Positions 42,524 to 50,141 of a stretch of DNA of 64,000 nucleotides are shown here, piece by piece (position 1 is the stretch's first letter; every line of letters begins with the position of its first letter). Under the pieces are notes generated by a model. It had not been told where the DNA came from. It made no database searches and was given only the letters and a program-made list of their open reading frames with translations. The stretch is taken from contig CAYPFA010000004.1 of the NCBI GenBank assembly GCA_964410025.1, positions 11,369-75,368 on the forward strand. Reading direction: 5' to 3'. The stretch comes from Candidatus Woesearchaeota archaeon (GTDB lineage Archaea; Nanobdellota; Nanobdellia; Pacearchaeales; GW2011-AR1). The position numbers were made by a program, and so were the translations under genes.

Positions 42524-43090
42524 ATGAAAACTATACTTGTTGAACATCCGAAGAAAATCTCAGAGGCAGTTAGATTGCTAGAGAAGAAGATTAGAATTAG
42601 AATTTCACAGAATAAAAATAATGTAACAATTGACGGAAGTGAGATAAATGAGTTTTATGTTGAGAAAATTATTGAGGCAATTGACTTTGGATTTGAGCCT
42701 GAGGACGCTTTGTTGTTGCTGAAAGATGAGTTTAGATTAGAATATCTGAGTATCAAAGAGCATACGCACAGAAGCAATTTGGGAGAGGTTAGGGCGCGAA
42801 TTATTGGAACTGAGGGAAAAGCTAAGGCTGCGATTGAAAACCTGACTGGGGCGATTATTGTTGTTCATGAGAATAAAGTTGGGCTTATTGCAGATGTTGA
42901 TCACGTTCAGCAGACAATTCAGTCGATTATTTCGTTGGTTCAGGGTTCGAAGCATGGAAATGTTTTTGCTTATTTAGAAAAACAGAATGCTAATTTAAGA
43001 CAATTGAAAAGTGGAGATTTGGGCTTGAGGGATCCAAAGAAGGATAATCTAGATTCTGATGAAGAAATTGTGGAAGATGAGGACGATTAA
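42524..43090 (+). CDS. KH-domain ribosome biogenesis factor Dim2/Pno1
   Basis: 'AIDFGFEPEDALLL', 'RARIIGTEGKAK..IENLTG', 'GSKHGNVFAYLE'; near aIF-1A. Confidence 0.9.
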   Translation: MKTILVEHPKKISEAVRLLEKKIRIRISQNKNNVTIDGSEINEFYVEKIIEAIDFGFEPEDALLLLKDEFRLEYLSIKEHTHRSNLGEVRARIIGTEGKAKAAIENLTGAIIVVHENKVGLIADVDHVQQTIQSIISLVQGSKHGNVFAYLEKQNANLRQLKSGDLGLRDPKKDNLDSDEEIVEDEDD

Positions 43091-43141
43091 AATCTAAATC
43101 TAAACCTTTAAAAATCGCTTTTTCTGTGTTAATTTAGTCAT

Positions 43142-43161
43142 GTCCCGATAGCTCAGCTTGG
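43142..43161 (+). pseudogene. 5' fragment of a tRNA (acceptor 5' strand + D-arm to GG)
   Basis: GTCCCGA TA GCTC AGCTTGG with TATA TTTAAAAA at 43107-43114; pairs perfectly with TCGGGAC at 44210-44216. Confidence 0.8.
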
Positions 43162-43198
43162 ACGCAATATTTATAAACTTTAAATTATTAAATAAATT

Positions 43199-43969
43199 AT
43201 GTATTTAAAAATAAAATCTAGGGAGTTAAAAAGCTTTATTTCTTTGGCTGTTTTAAGGGCAGGAAGCATAAGAAAATTATCTATCTTAATAAAAATTCCT
43301 AAAACAACAATTCATGATTATCAGCAAGAAAAAAGATTAATTACCGAAGAAAATTTATTAGTGCTTGAAAATTTTTTGAAAACTAAATTACATAGTGATT
43401 TTATTATCGACAAACTCTCTAATAATTTTAGACAATCTCTTGGGGGTGTTAATTGTGTGAAAAATCAACTATGCGCAGGCAAAATGGAGACACAACTTAA
43501 AAGTGCTAGAATGATTTTATCTAAATCTGGTAATGATTTAAAAAGTTGGCATAAAAAAATGAAAAAGAATAATCCTCTAGAATATTATACTATTCAATAT
43601 AATCATTTTAAGAAGATAGGAGAATATAAATATTTTACAAAAAAAGGTGAGAAAGTTAGGAATATACTTGAAAAAGAGACTGCAGATTTCTTTTTTGATA
43701 AAAATATAGAATATCAATATGAACCTCTAATTAATGTTGGCAAACGTTATTTTTTCCCAGACTTTTTGATTAAAAATAATACTATTATAGAGTGCACTAT
43801 GTGGCGAGGTTATGATAAGGCTATAAAGTTAGCTGAAAAGATAAATATTCTAAATAAAGAATACAAAGTGATAGTTTTAGTCCCAGAAAAATTAAGTAAT
43901 TACTATCAAAGAATTAGTAAGAACCTGGTATTAAGTTATAAAGAACTTGAGAAAGTAATGTTTAAATAA
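43199..43969 (+). CDS. HTH + PD-(D/E)XK-like putative endonuclease
   Basis: N-terminal 'SIRKLSILIKIPKTTIHDY' HTH; C-terminal 'TKKGEKVRNILEKETADF...IEYQYEP...FFPDFLI...IIECT'. Confidence 0.7.
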   Translation: MYLKIKSRELKSFISLAVLRAGSIRKLSILIKIPKTTIHDYQQEKRLITEENLLVLENFLKTKLHSDFIIDKLSNNFRQSLGGVNCVKNQLCAGKMETQLKSARMILSKSGNDLKSWHKKMKKNNPLEYYTIQYNHFKKIGEYKYFTKKGEKVRNILEKETADFFFDKNIEYQYEPLINVGKRYFFPDFLIKNNTIIECTMWRGYDKAIKLAEKINILNKEYKVIVLVPEKLSNYYQRISKNLVLSYKELEKVMFK

Positions 43970-43991
43970 GCTCGATTTTTTCAGATAATAG

Positions 43992-44064
43992 GTCTCCATA
44001 GCTCAGCTGGTAGAGCACGTGACTGTTAATCATGGGGTCAGAGGTTCGAGTCCTCTTGGAGACG
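43992..44064 (+). tRNA. tRNA-Asn(GTT)
   Basis: Full cloverleaf GTCTCCA/TGGAGAC, GCTC/GAGC, CGTGA-CTGTTAA-TCATG, AGAGG-TTCGAGT-CCTCT; no encoded CCA. Confidence 0.97.
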
Positions 44065-44131
44065 TGGTATTTTTAGACTTGAACAGCTATCAATTAAAAA
44101 GTAAAATTGCTTGTTGAGTTCTAGAGGCGAA

Positions 44132-44193
44132 CAAAATGCTCTCGAATAATTTTTGCGAAGCAACTATTGTTCGAAACTCACGAGAGTATTTTG
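44132..44193. repeat. Structured hairpin element with GCGAAGC loop
   Basis: CAAAATGCTCTCG (44132-44144) pairs with CGAGAGTATTTTG (44181-44193); inner TTGCGAAGCAA. Confidence 0.6.
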
Positions 44194-44203
44194 CAAGAAG
44201 AGT

Positions 44204-44222
44204 TCCTCTTCGGGACGTGGTA
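44204..44222 (+). pseudogene. 3' fragment of a tRNA (T-stem 3' strand, acceptor 3' strand, discriminator, trailer)
   Basis: TCCTCT TCGGGAC G TGGTA; 17/19 identical to 44051-44069. Confidence 0.8.
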
Positions 44223-44261
44223 ATTCGTTATATTTTTATAGTCTCTAGAACTTTAACTGTT

Positions 44262-44942
44262 ATGATAAAAGCGGTTTTGTTTGATATTGATAATACGTTA
44301 ATTGATTTTATGAAAATGAAACGAGAATCTTGCGAGGCGGCAATTAACGCAATGATTGGTTCTGGATTAAAAATGGATAAAAAAGAAGCTTTGGCTATTC
44401 TTTACGAACTTTATGATAAACGGGGAATTGAATATCAATATATTTTTCAAGAATTTACTAAAAATATTGGTGGGAAAATTGACTATAGAACAATTGCTTA
44501 TGGAATTATCGCATATAGAAAAGTAAAGGAAGGTTATCTTGTGCCGTATACTAACGTTATTCCGACGCTGATTGAGCTGAAGAAAAAATACAAGCTGGCT
44601 GTAATAACGGATGCGCCAGTTATGCAAGCGTGGATGAGATTGGTGGCAACGCAACTGGATAATTTTTTTGATTTTGTTGTTACAAAGGCTGACGCGAGAA
44701 AACAAAAAACACACACCGCCCCATTTAAGGCTGCATTGAGAAAACTCGACATAAAACCAGAAGAATCTGTAATGGTTGGCGATCGTATTTCTAGAGATGT
44801 GGAGACAGCAAAAAAGCTTGGAATAAAAACTATTTACGCTAGATATGGCGATCTTAATCCGGCTGAAAAAGGGAAAAGCGGAGCGAATGCTGAAATAGAG
44901 AATATTGACGAAGTTATAAAAATTGTTGAAAAAATGAGCTAG
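44262..44942 (+). CDS. HAD-superfamily hydrolase
   Basis: 'VLFDIDNTL', 'VITD', 'MVGDRISRDV'; true start MIKA at 44262. Confidence 0.9.
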   Translation: MIKAVLFDIDNTLIDFMKMKRESCEAAINAMIGSGLKMDKKEALAILYELYDKRGIEYQYIFQEFTKNIGGKIDYRTIAYGIIAYRKVKEGYLVPYTNVIPTLIELKKKYKLAVITDAPVMQAWMRLVATQLDNFFDFVVTKADARKQKTHTAPFKAALRKLDIKPEESVMVGDRISRDVETAKKLGIKTIYARYGDLNPAEKGKSGANAEIENIDEVIKIVEKMS

Positions 44943-44976
44943 TTAGATTTTTATAGTCAAAACTCTTTTGTTATTT

Positions 44977-45138
44977 ATGGTTGAAGGAAGTGATAAGTAT
45001 AAGAAAGATTTTATTTTTTTAGGAGCTATGATAGTGTTCTTCATGTTTTCTTTTTTGGGTTATAATGGTTTTTTTTGTTTTCTTTCTAGTATTTTTTTAA
45101 TATGTGAAATGGGATATATTTTGGTAAAACTATGTTAA
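44977..45138 (+). CDS. Small membrane protein (53 aa, not in ORF track)
   Basis: MVEGSDKYKKDFIFLGAMIVFF...VKLC*; TATA upstream; overlaps next start. Confidence 0.4.
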   Translation: MVEGSDKYKKDFIFLGAMIVFFMFSFLGYNGFFCFLSSIFLICEMGYILVKLC

Positions 45139-45755
45139 AGAAAAAATTGATTGTGGTAATACTTGGTGCGAAAAGAATTAACCCTAGAGCACACTGGGCA
45201 AAAAAAGTTTTACTATTTCTATTCAATTTGCTGCATGTCACATCGTTTGCTGACTACAAGCAACAGTTAAATTGGAGAAAATATTTTAAATCAGATAATA
45301 CGGAAGTTATTTATTTACACTGGGGAAGAGGTGTTGGCTTGCTCTCAAGAATTCTTGCTTTAAAAAAGTTAAAAAAAATAGTTCACCAATATAAAAATAC
45401 TCACGAGATTACTTTGATTGGACACAGCCTTGGAGGAGATGTGGCTATGGAAGCTTGCAAGCAATTTGATGGCATTATTAAAAAAGTTATTCTTTTATTC
45501 TCGGCAAATGAATCAAAAAAATCTACTCTGAAAATGACAAAGATAATAAATATATATTCTCCCTACGATTTCTTTGTAAGGATGGCTATTATGATTCTCG
45601 CACCGATTGCTGGTGGACAAAAATTAATTGGAGAAAATATTGTGAATATTCCATTAGCACACTTTGAGCATGAAGAGGTTTTCTTGGATAAAAAAATTAA
45701 AGGTGGAAAATTCAGAGGGAAAACAATTTCCGAGCTGATAAATACATTAATATGA
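45132..45755 (+). CDS. Alpha/beta hydrolase-fold protein
   Basis: 'ITLIGHSLGG' nucleophile elbow, 'NIYSPYD', late His. Confidence 0.7.
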   Translation: MLKKKLIVVILGAKRINPRAHWAKKVLLFLFNLLHVTSFADYKQQLNWRKYFKSDNTEVIYLHWGRGVGLLSRILALKKLKKIVHQYKNTHEITLIGHSLGGDVAMEACKQFDGIIKKVILLFSANESKKSTLKMTKIINIYSPYDFFVRMAIMILAPIAGGQKLIGENIVNIPLAHFEHEEVFLDKKIKGGKFRGKTISELINTLI

Positions 45756-46861
45756 AAAAAGGAAAAGTCCTCTTAGCATTATCTGGAGGAGTTGACTCTA
45801 GTGTTGCCGCTATGCTTTTACAAAAACAAGGCTATGAAGTTATTGGTGCTTTTATGAAAAATTGGAGTGATACTAAAAATAAAATTACGGGTGAGTGTCA
45901 GTGGAAAGAAGAAAGAAGATATGCAGAAAAAGTTGCTGCACTTCTTGGAATTAAACTAATCACTCTTGATTTTGAAAGTCAGTATAAAAAACAGGTTGTT
46001 GATGAAATGTTTAAAAAATATAAAAAGGGTATTACGCCAAATCCAGACGTAGATTGTAACAGAAAAATAAAGTTTCCGTTGCTTGTTAAAGAGGCACAAA
46101 AAAGAGGAATAAAATTTGTTGCGACTGGACATTATGCTAGAAAGAAATTAAATCAAGATGACACATATTCGCTCCTTCGGGCTAAAGATGAAATGAAAGA
46201 TCAATCATATTTTCTTTACACAATAAAACAAAATGAACTTAAAAATTGTTTATTTCCGATTGGTGATTATACAAAAACGGAAGTTAGAGAGATAGCAGAA
46301 AAAAATAAATTTCCTAATTTTAACAAGAAGGGTACTGTTGGAATCTGTTTTATTGGAAAAATTAATTTGAAAAGTTTTTTAGAAAAGAAAATTAAAAACA
46401 AAAAGGGAAAAATTATCGATCCAGACGGCAAAGTTGTTGGAGAACACGACGGTATTTATTATTACACGATTGGACAAAGAATTGGCCCGAGATTTGGATT
46501 AACTATTTCCCATGAATCAGAAAAGGGAAAAGATTATTCGCGATGGTATGTTGCCAAAAAAGATATTAAGAAAAATATTATTACTGTCGCTCCAGAGGAA
46601 CATGAAATTCTTTTACGAAAAGAAATGATTGTTAAGGATTTTTATTTGATTGATGAAGACAAGAATAAATATAAGCGAAAGGCACATAGAGTCTTGGTGA
46701 GAATTAGACAGGTTGGAGAGTTGCTTCCTGCGAAGTTATTTTATGACAAAAATAAATTTAGAGTTGTTTTAGATAATGCTATTAGGGGAATTTCTGATGG
46801 TCAGGCGATTGTATTTTATTATGGTGAGAAAGTTCTGGGCGGCGGGGAAATAACGAGTTAA
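45752..46861 (+). CDS. mnmA: tRNA 2-thiouridylase MnmA (bacterial type)
   Basis: 'SGGVDSSV', 'FMKNW', 'TPNPDVDCN', 'ATGHYA', 'KDQSYFL', 'GICFIG', 'YTIGQR'. Confidence 0.95.
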   Translation: MKKGKVLLALSGGVDSSVAAMLLQKQGYEVIGAFMKNWSDTKNKITGECQWKEERRYAEKVAALLGIKLITLDFESQYKKQVVDEMFKKYKKGITPNPDVDCNRKIKFPLLVKEAQKRGIKFVATGHYARKKLNQDDTYSLLRAKDEMKDQSYFLYTIKQNELKNCLFPIGDYTKTEVREIAEKNKFPNFNKKGTVGICFIGKINLKSFLEKKIKNKKGKIIDPDGKVVGEHDGIYYYTIGQRIGPRFGLTISHESEKGKDYSRWYVAKKDIKKNIITVAPEEHEILLRKEMIVKDFYLIDEDKNKYKRKAHRVLVRIRQVGELLPAKLFYDKNKFRVVLDNAIRGISDGQAIVFYYGEKVLGGGEITS

Positions 46862-46897
46862 CCCAATCTTTATAAATATCATAATCTTATAAAAAAT

Positions 46898-47464
46898 ATG
46901 CAACTAGGTGAAGCGATTAAGGAAAGAAAGAGTGTGAAGAAATTTACTGGTAAAGAAGTTGACTGGAAAAAAGTTATTCAGGCGATTGATTTGACACGTT
47001 TTGCACCGATGGCAGGTAATATGTTTTCTGTAAAATTTATAATTATTAGAGATAAAAATAAAATAAAAAAAATTGCTGATGCATGTCAACAACCTTTTAT
47101 TAACGACGCTGGAATAATTTTAGTTGTTGTTTCGGATAAGGAAAAGGTTGATAAAATGTTTGATTATAATAAAAAAGGTTTTGCGCAACAGCAAGCTGGC
47201 GCTGCAATTCAAAACTTGTTATTATCTTTAACTGAAAAGAAAATTGATCATTGTTGGGTTGGTTTTTTTGACGATGATCTTGTGAGAGAAAGCGTAAAGG
47301 TTCCTAATAATCAACTTATTGAAACAGTTATTGCGCTTGGCATTGGTGCGAAAATAAGACAACCAAAAAAACCAAGACCTGAATTAGAAAATCTTGTTTT
47401 TTTTGAAAAATGGGGAAATAGTAGAATGGAACCAGATCAAGTCGTAAGACATGATTATGCTTGA
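46898..47464 (+). CDS. Nitroreductase family protein
   Basis: 'IKERKSVKKF', 'APMAGN', 'AAIQNLLLS...CWVG'. Confidence 0.88.
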   Translation: MQLGEAIKERKSVKKFTGKEVDWKKVIQAIDLTRFAPMAGNMFSVKFIIIRDKNKIKKIADACQQPFINDAGIILVVVSDKEKVDKMFDYNKKGFAQQQAGAAIQNLLLSLTEKKIDHCWVGFFDDDLVRESVKVPNNQLIETVIALGIGAKIRQPKKPRPELENLVFFEKWGNSRMEPDQVVRHDYA

Positions 47465-47496
47465 AAATATTTATAATAAATAATTAATCCACAGAG

Positions 47497-47563
47497 TCTC
47501 GCGATTTGCATTTGTAATTTTTTAATTTTTGTACTGATGTAATTTTAATCAAAAGCGAATCGC
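47497..47563 (-). repeat. Structured repeat family A, copy 1
   Basis: Minus strand GCGATTCGCTTTTG...CAAATGCAAATCGC GAGA, homologous to 62243-62318. Confidence 0.7.
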
Positions 47564-47626
47564 TCGGAATTGAAAAACGTTTTTATATTCACATCTGTAT
47601 TGATATCTTCCGAGCAGATAGCACAA

Positions 47627-47781
47627 AGCCACAGAGGAGAATTGAACTCCTGACCTATTGATTTTTCGTTTAAAAGAAAACGAAGTTTTACTATCGTGTT
47701 CTTTGGTTTCCAGGGAAACTTTCTTTTTAAGAAAGTAAGCCTATTACGAATCAATTGCTCTACCGACTGAGCTACTGTGGC
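47627..47781 (-). tRNA. tRNA-Thr(CGT) with 82-nt intron at 37/38 (intron 47663-47744)
   Basis: Exons of 37 + 36 nt fold into a cloverleaf (GCCACAG/CTGTGGC; ATTGA-TTCGTA|A-TCAAT); BHB-like TTCG/CGAA helix with 3-nt bulges. Confidence 0.93.
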
Positions 47782-47826
47782 ACAAAATCAGGTAGAAAAA
47801 TCATTTAATAAACCTTGTTGAAAAAT

Positions 47827-48999
47827 CTAGCAATCAATAGTAATTAGAGGAACAAGTCTTTCATTATCACTAACGCCGCCATGCTTTCCAGAATGATATT
47901 TTTTAGGCTTAGTGTAATTAGCGAATCTATATCGAAGACTATAATCTTCTTTTGCAATTAAAACATAATCTCCAACTCTGTCAATCAATCTTTTGCTGGG
48001 CTCACCAAGTCCATAAAAATTATCTTTAATTAATTGCTCTCCCTTAAAACACCAACAATATTTTGATAATTTACTTTTTACAATTTCTTCAAATTCTTTC
48101 ACCTTTCCAGGTCTAACAAAACAGTCCATAACTCGTGGCTCGCCAGCAGGTGCAATGGTAAAACATTCACTAAGTCCGTCAATATCGTTCAAGAAAATTT
48201 CTTTTTCTTTAGGAATATTTGTCAAACCATGATCGGCCACAACTATTAATTTTGTATTAGTTCCTTTGATTGCATTAGCCAAATTTTTTATTAGTTTGTC
48301 AAAATTAGAAAAAATAGTTCTAACTTTTTTACTATCTGTGCCTTCGTCATGCATCATACTATCTAGTTCAGGTAAGTACGCATGAATAAATCTTCTCCGA
48401 ATAGATTTCTTTTTTACAAGTCTTGTTAATTTAGCAAACATATCTTTATTGTTTTTTGTAGAAATGACTTCAGCACCTTTTGCAACATAATTTGTAAACG
48501 GGCTGTCTGATATGAGCTTATCAAATAAAATAAAACATTTCCCATTAAAACCCTTATGAAAAGATTCGATATCCATAATTTTATCCATTTTAAAACCAGA
48601 TTCAGTAAGTGATTTTCCACCACACATGGGAACAAAAGGCAAAATTGTAGTAATAGCGCCGACTTCCTTTAAGTTAATATCCCAAGCCGTAAGACCATGC
48701 TGCTGTGCAGGATATCCTACCGCAAAAGCCGTATTCGCACAAGCGGTCGTTGATAAAAATGTAGAATCCATGCACGATTTGATATTCTTCGATAAGAAAG
48801 AATCTCTCTGTTCCTTTAGATAATTATATCCTAGTCCGTCGACAACAATCAGCACAACATTTTTAAATTTTTTAATTTCGTCAGAACTCATTGCTCTTAA
48901 TTCAGGATAACTATGTTTCTTTCCAAATCCGTGCGCGATAGAACTCATTAGGTTGACAATACTTCCGCCCTTATAATCTGGTAACCGAAAATCGTACAT
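47827..48999 (-). CDS. Alkaline phosphatase superfamily (NPP-like) protein
   Basis: 'VLIVVDGLG', 'STFLSTTA', 'ELDSMMH', 'VADHG', 'GKHGG'; start MYDF. Confidence 0.88.
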   Translation of the reverse strand: MYDFRLPDYKGGSIVNLMSSIAHGFGKKHSYPELRAMSSDEIKKFKNVVLIVVDGLGYNYLKEQRDSFLSKNIKSCMDSTFLSTTACANTAFAVGYPAQQHGLTAWDINLKEVGAITTILPFVPMCGGKSLTESGFKMDKIMDIESFHKGFNGKCFILFDKLISDSPFTNYVAKGAEVISTKNNKDMFAKLTRLVKKKSIRRRFIHAYLPELDSMMHDEGTDSKKVRTIFSNFDKLIKNLANAIKGTNTKLIVVADHGLTNIPKEKEIFLNDIDGLSECFTIAPAGEPRVMDCFVRPGKVKEFEEIVKSKLSKYCWCFKGEQLIKDNFYGLGEPSKRLIDRVGDYVLIAKEDYSLRYRFANYTKPKKYHSGKHGGVSDNERLVPLITIDC

Positions 49000-49037
49000 A
49001 ATCAAATGAATAAAAATAAGTTTATAATAGTTTCTAA

Positions 49038-49595
49038 TTAATCCCACTCTTCGGGATGTGTTTTTTGTCCTGTAGCTTTTCTATATGCGTAGTTTAAATC
49101 CCCGAATGGAACTCGAATTTTTCCGTCTACGTCTTTTGAAACAGTTATGCCCCTGAGATATTCATCCATTTTCTTGAGAACATCTTTAGGATATTTTGAT
49201 TCTATTTCTTCGTTTGTTAAACCGCCGTAAAAATCCGACTTTGGAATAAAAATTCTGGAGGCAATAATCTCTGGTTCTGCACGAAGATAAAAGATAAGAT
49301 TTTCTGGATTTTTTGATATTATTGTTTGACTTATTTCATCAGACCAATATCTGGACTCATACTGTTGATTAAATTGACCACCGGTTACATCGGTATAATT
49401 TGCTTTTGAAAAGTCTTCATCTTGTAAGAGGCTATTGAATTGTTTCCGTAATTTTGTATTTTGAGAATAGCTGTAGCGACCGGTGACTTTGTCAGGTTTG
49501 GGAAGCATAATTATTCTTTCAAATGCAAATAATGAAAATTCGTTTCCAGCCTTTATTTCTCTTGCGCAATCTTTAACGAGTTTTGTAAGTCCCAT
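49038..49595 (-). CDS. Hypothetical protein
   Basis: 185 aa ORF coupled to upstream gene. Confidence 0.55.
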   Translation of the reverse strand: MGLTKLVKDCAREIKAGNEFSLFAFERIIMLPKPDKVTGRYSYSQNTKLRKQFNSLLQDEDFSKANYTDVTGGQFNQQYESRYWSDEISQTIISKNPENLIFYLRAEPEIIASRIFIPKSDFYGGLTNEEIESKYPKDVLKKMDEYLRGITVSKDVDGKIRVPFGDLNYAYRKATGQKTHPEEWD

Positions 49596-49939
49596 TAGAG
49601 ACCGAATCCACCTTGCGGGCCGTCTCTCGGTGGTTTTAAATAAATTTCTGACACAAACGGTTTATCAATTTTTTCTGGCATTGGTAATAAATTCGTTGAT
49701 GAATTAAATTTGTCTCCAAGTCTATCCGGATCTACTGGAGATAAAAAATTCGTTTCCATGTTTGGATAAAGTAAACTTAAATCTCGATAAAATAATTTTT
49801 TTGAAAAATCTTCTTGAGAGATAGACTGACCTTGATTAAAGTTTTGTTGTGCAGAAACAGGATTTTTAAAATTCAGACATCCCGCAGCAAATGGTAAAGC
49901 CAATGTAAGAGTAAGTGTTGCTAGGGGTTTATTTAACAT
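49595..49939 (-). CDS. Hypothetical exported/lipoprotein-like protein
   Basis: Signal 'LALPFAAGC'. Confidence 0.5.
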   Translation of the reverse strand: MLNKPLATLTLTLALPFAAGCLNFKNPVSAQQNFNQGQSISQEDFSKKLFYRDLSLLYPNMETNFLSPVDPDRLGDKFNSSTNLLPMPEKIDKPFVSEIYLKPPRDGPQGGFGL

Positions 49940-50087
49940 GATAAATAAATTGCTTTAGAGTTTTTAAATATTTATGATATAAATATTATATAAATTTAGA
50001 AATAAATTCATCCGAGGAAATCCTCGGATAGTTTTTTAACCAAAAAGGTAAAAATATCCACAAGGGATCATTTTTTAATAAAAATTA

Positions 50088-50118
50088 AAAAAAAGTAAAA
50101 AGGGAGACAAAGTCTCCC
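50088..50118 (-). terminator. Hairpin + T-tract downstream of ftsZ
   Basis: GGGAGAC-AAA-GTCTCCC stem (50102-50118) followed on the minus strand by TTTTTACTTTTTTTT. Confidence 0.6.
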
Positions 50119-50141
50119 GAAGTTTTGTTTAGCTATTACTA

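Noticed and set aside
43142-44222. Classical integrase-type genomic island at tRNA-Asn
   Set aside because: No integrase is present, and both tRNA ends are duplicated with compensatory differences rather than one identical att repeat.
44136-44261. N-terminal extension of the HAD hydrolase in the ORF track
   Set aside because: It runs through the hairpin and the tRNA 3' remnant; the HAD motif I and a TATA-like box fit a start at 44262.
47545-47754. 69-aa ORF on the minus strand
   Set aside because: Overlaps tRNA-Thr and its intron.
50010-50029. Perfect hairpin ATCCGAGGA-AA-TCCTCGGAT
   Set aside because: Single occurrence downstream of the ftsZ terminator; could not link it to either repeat family or to a function.
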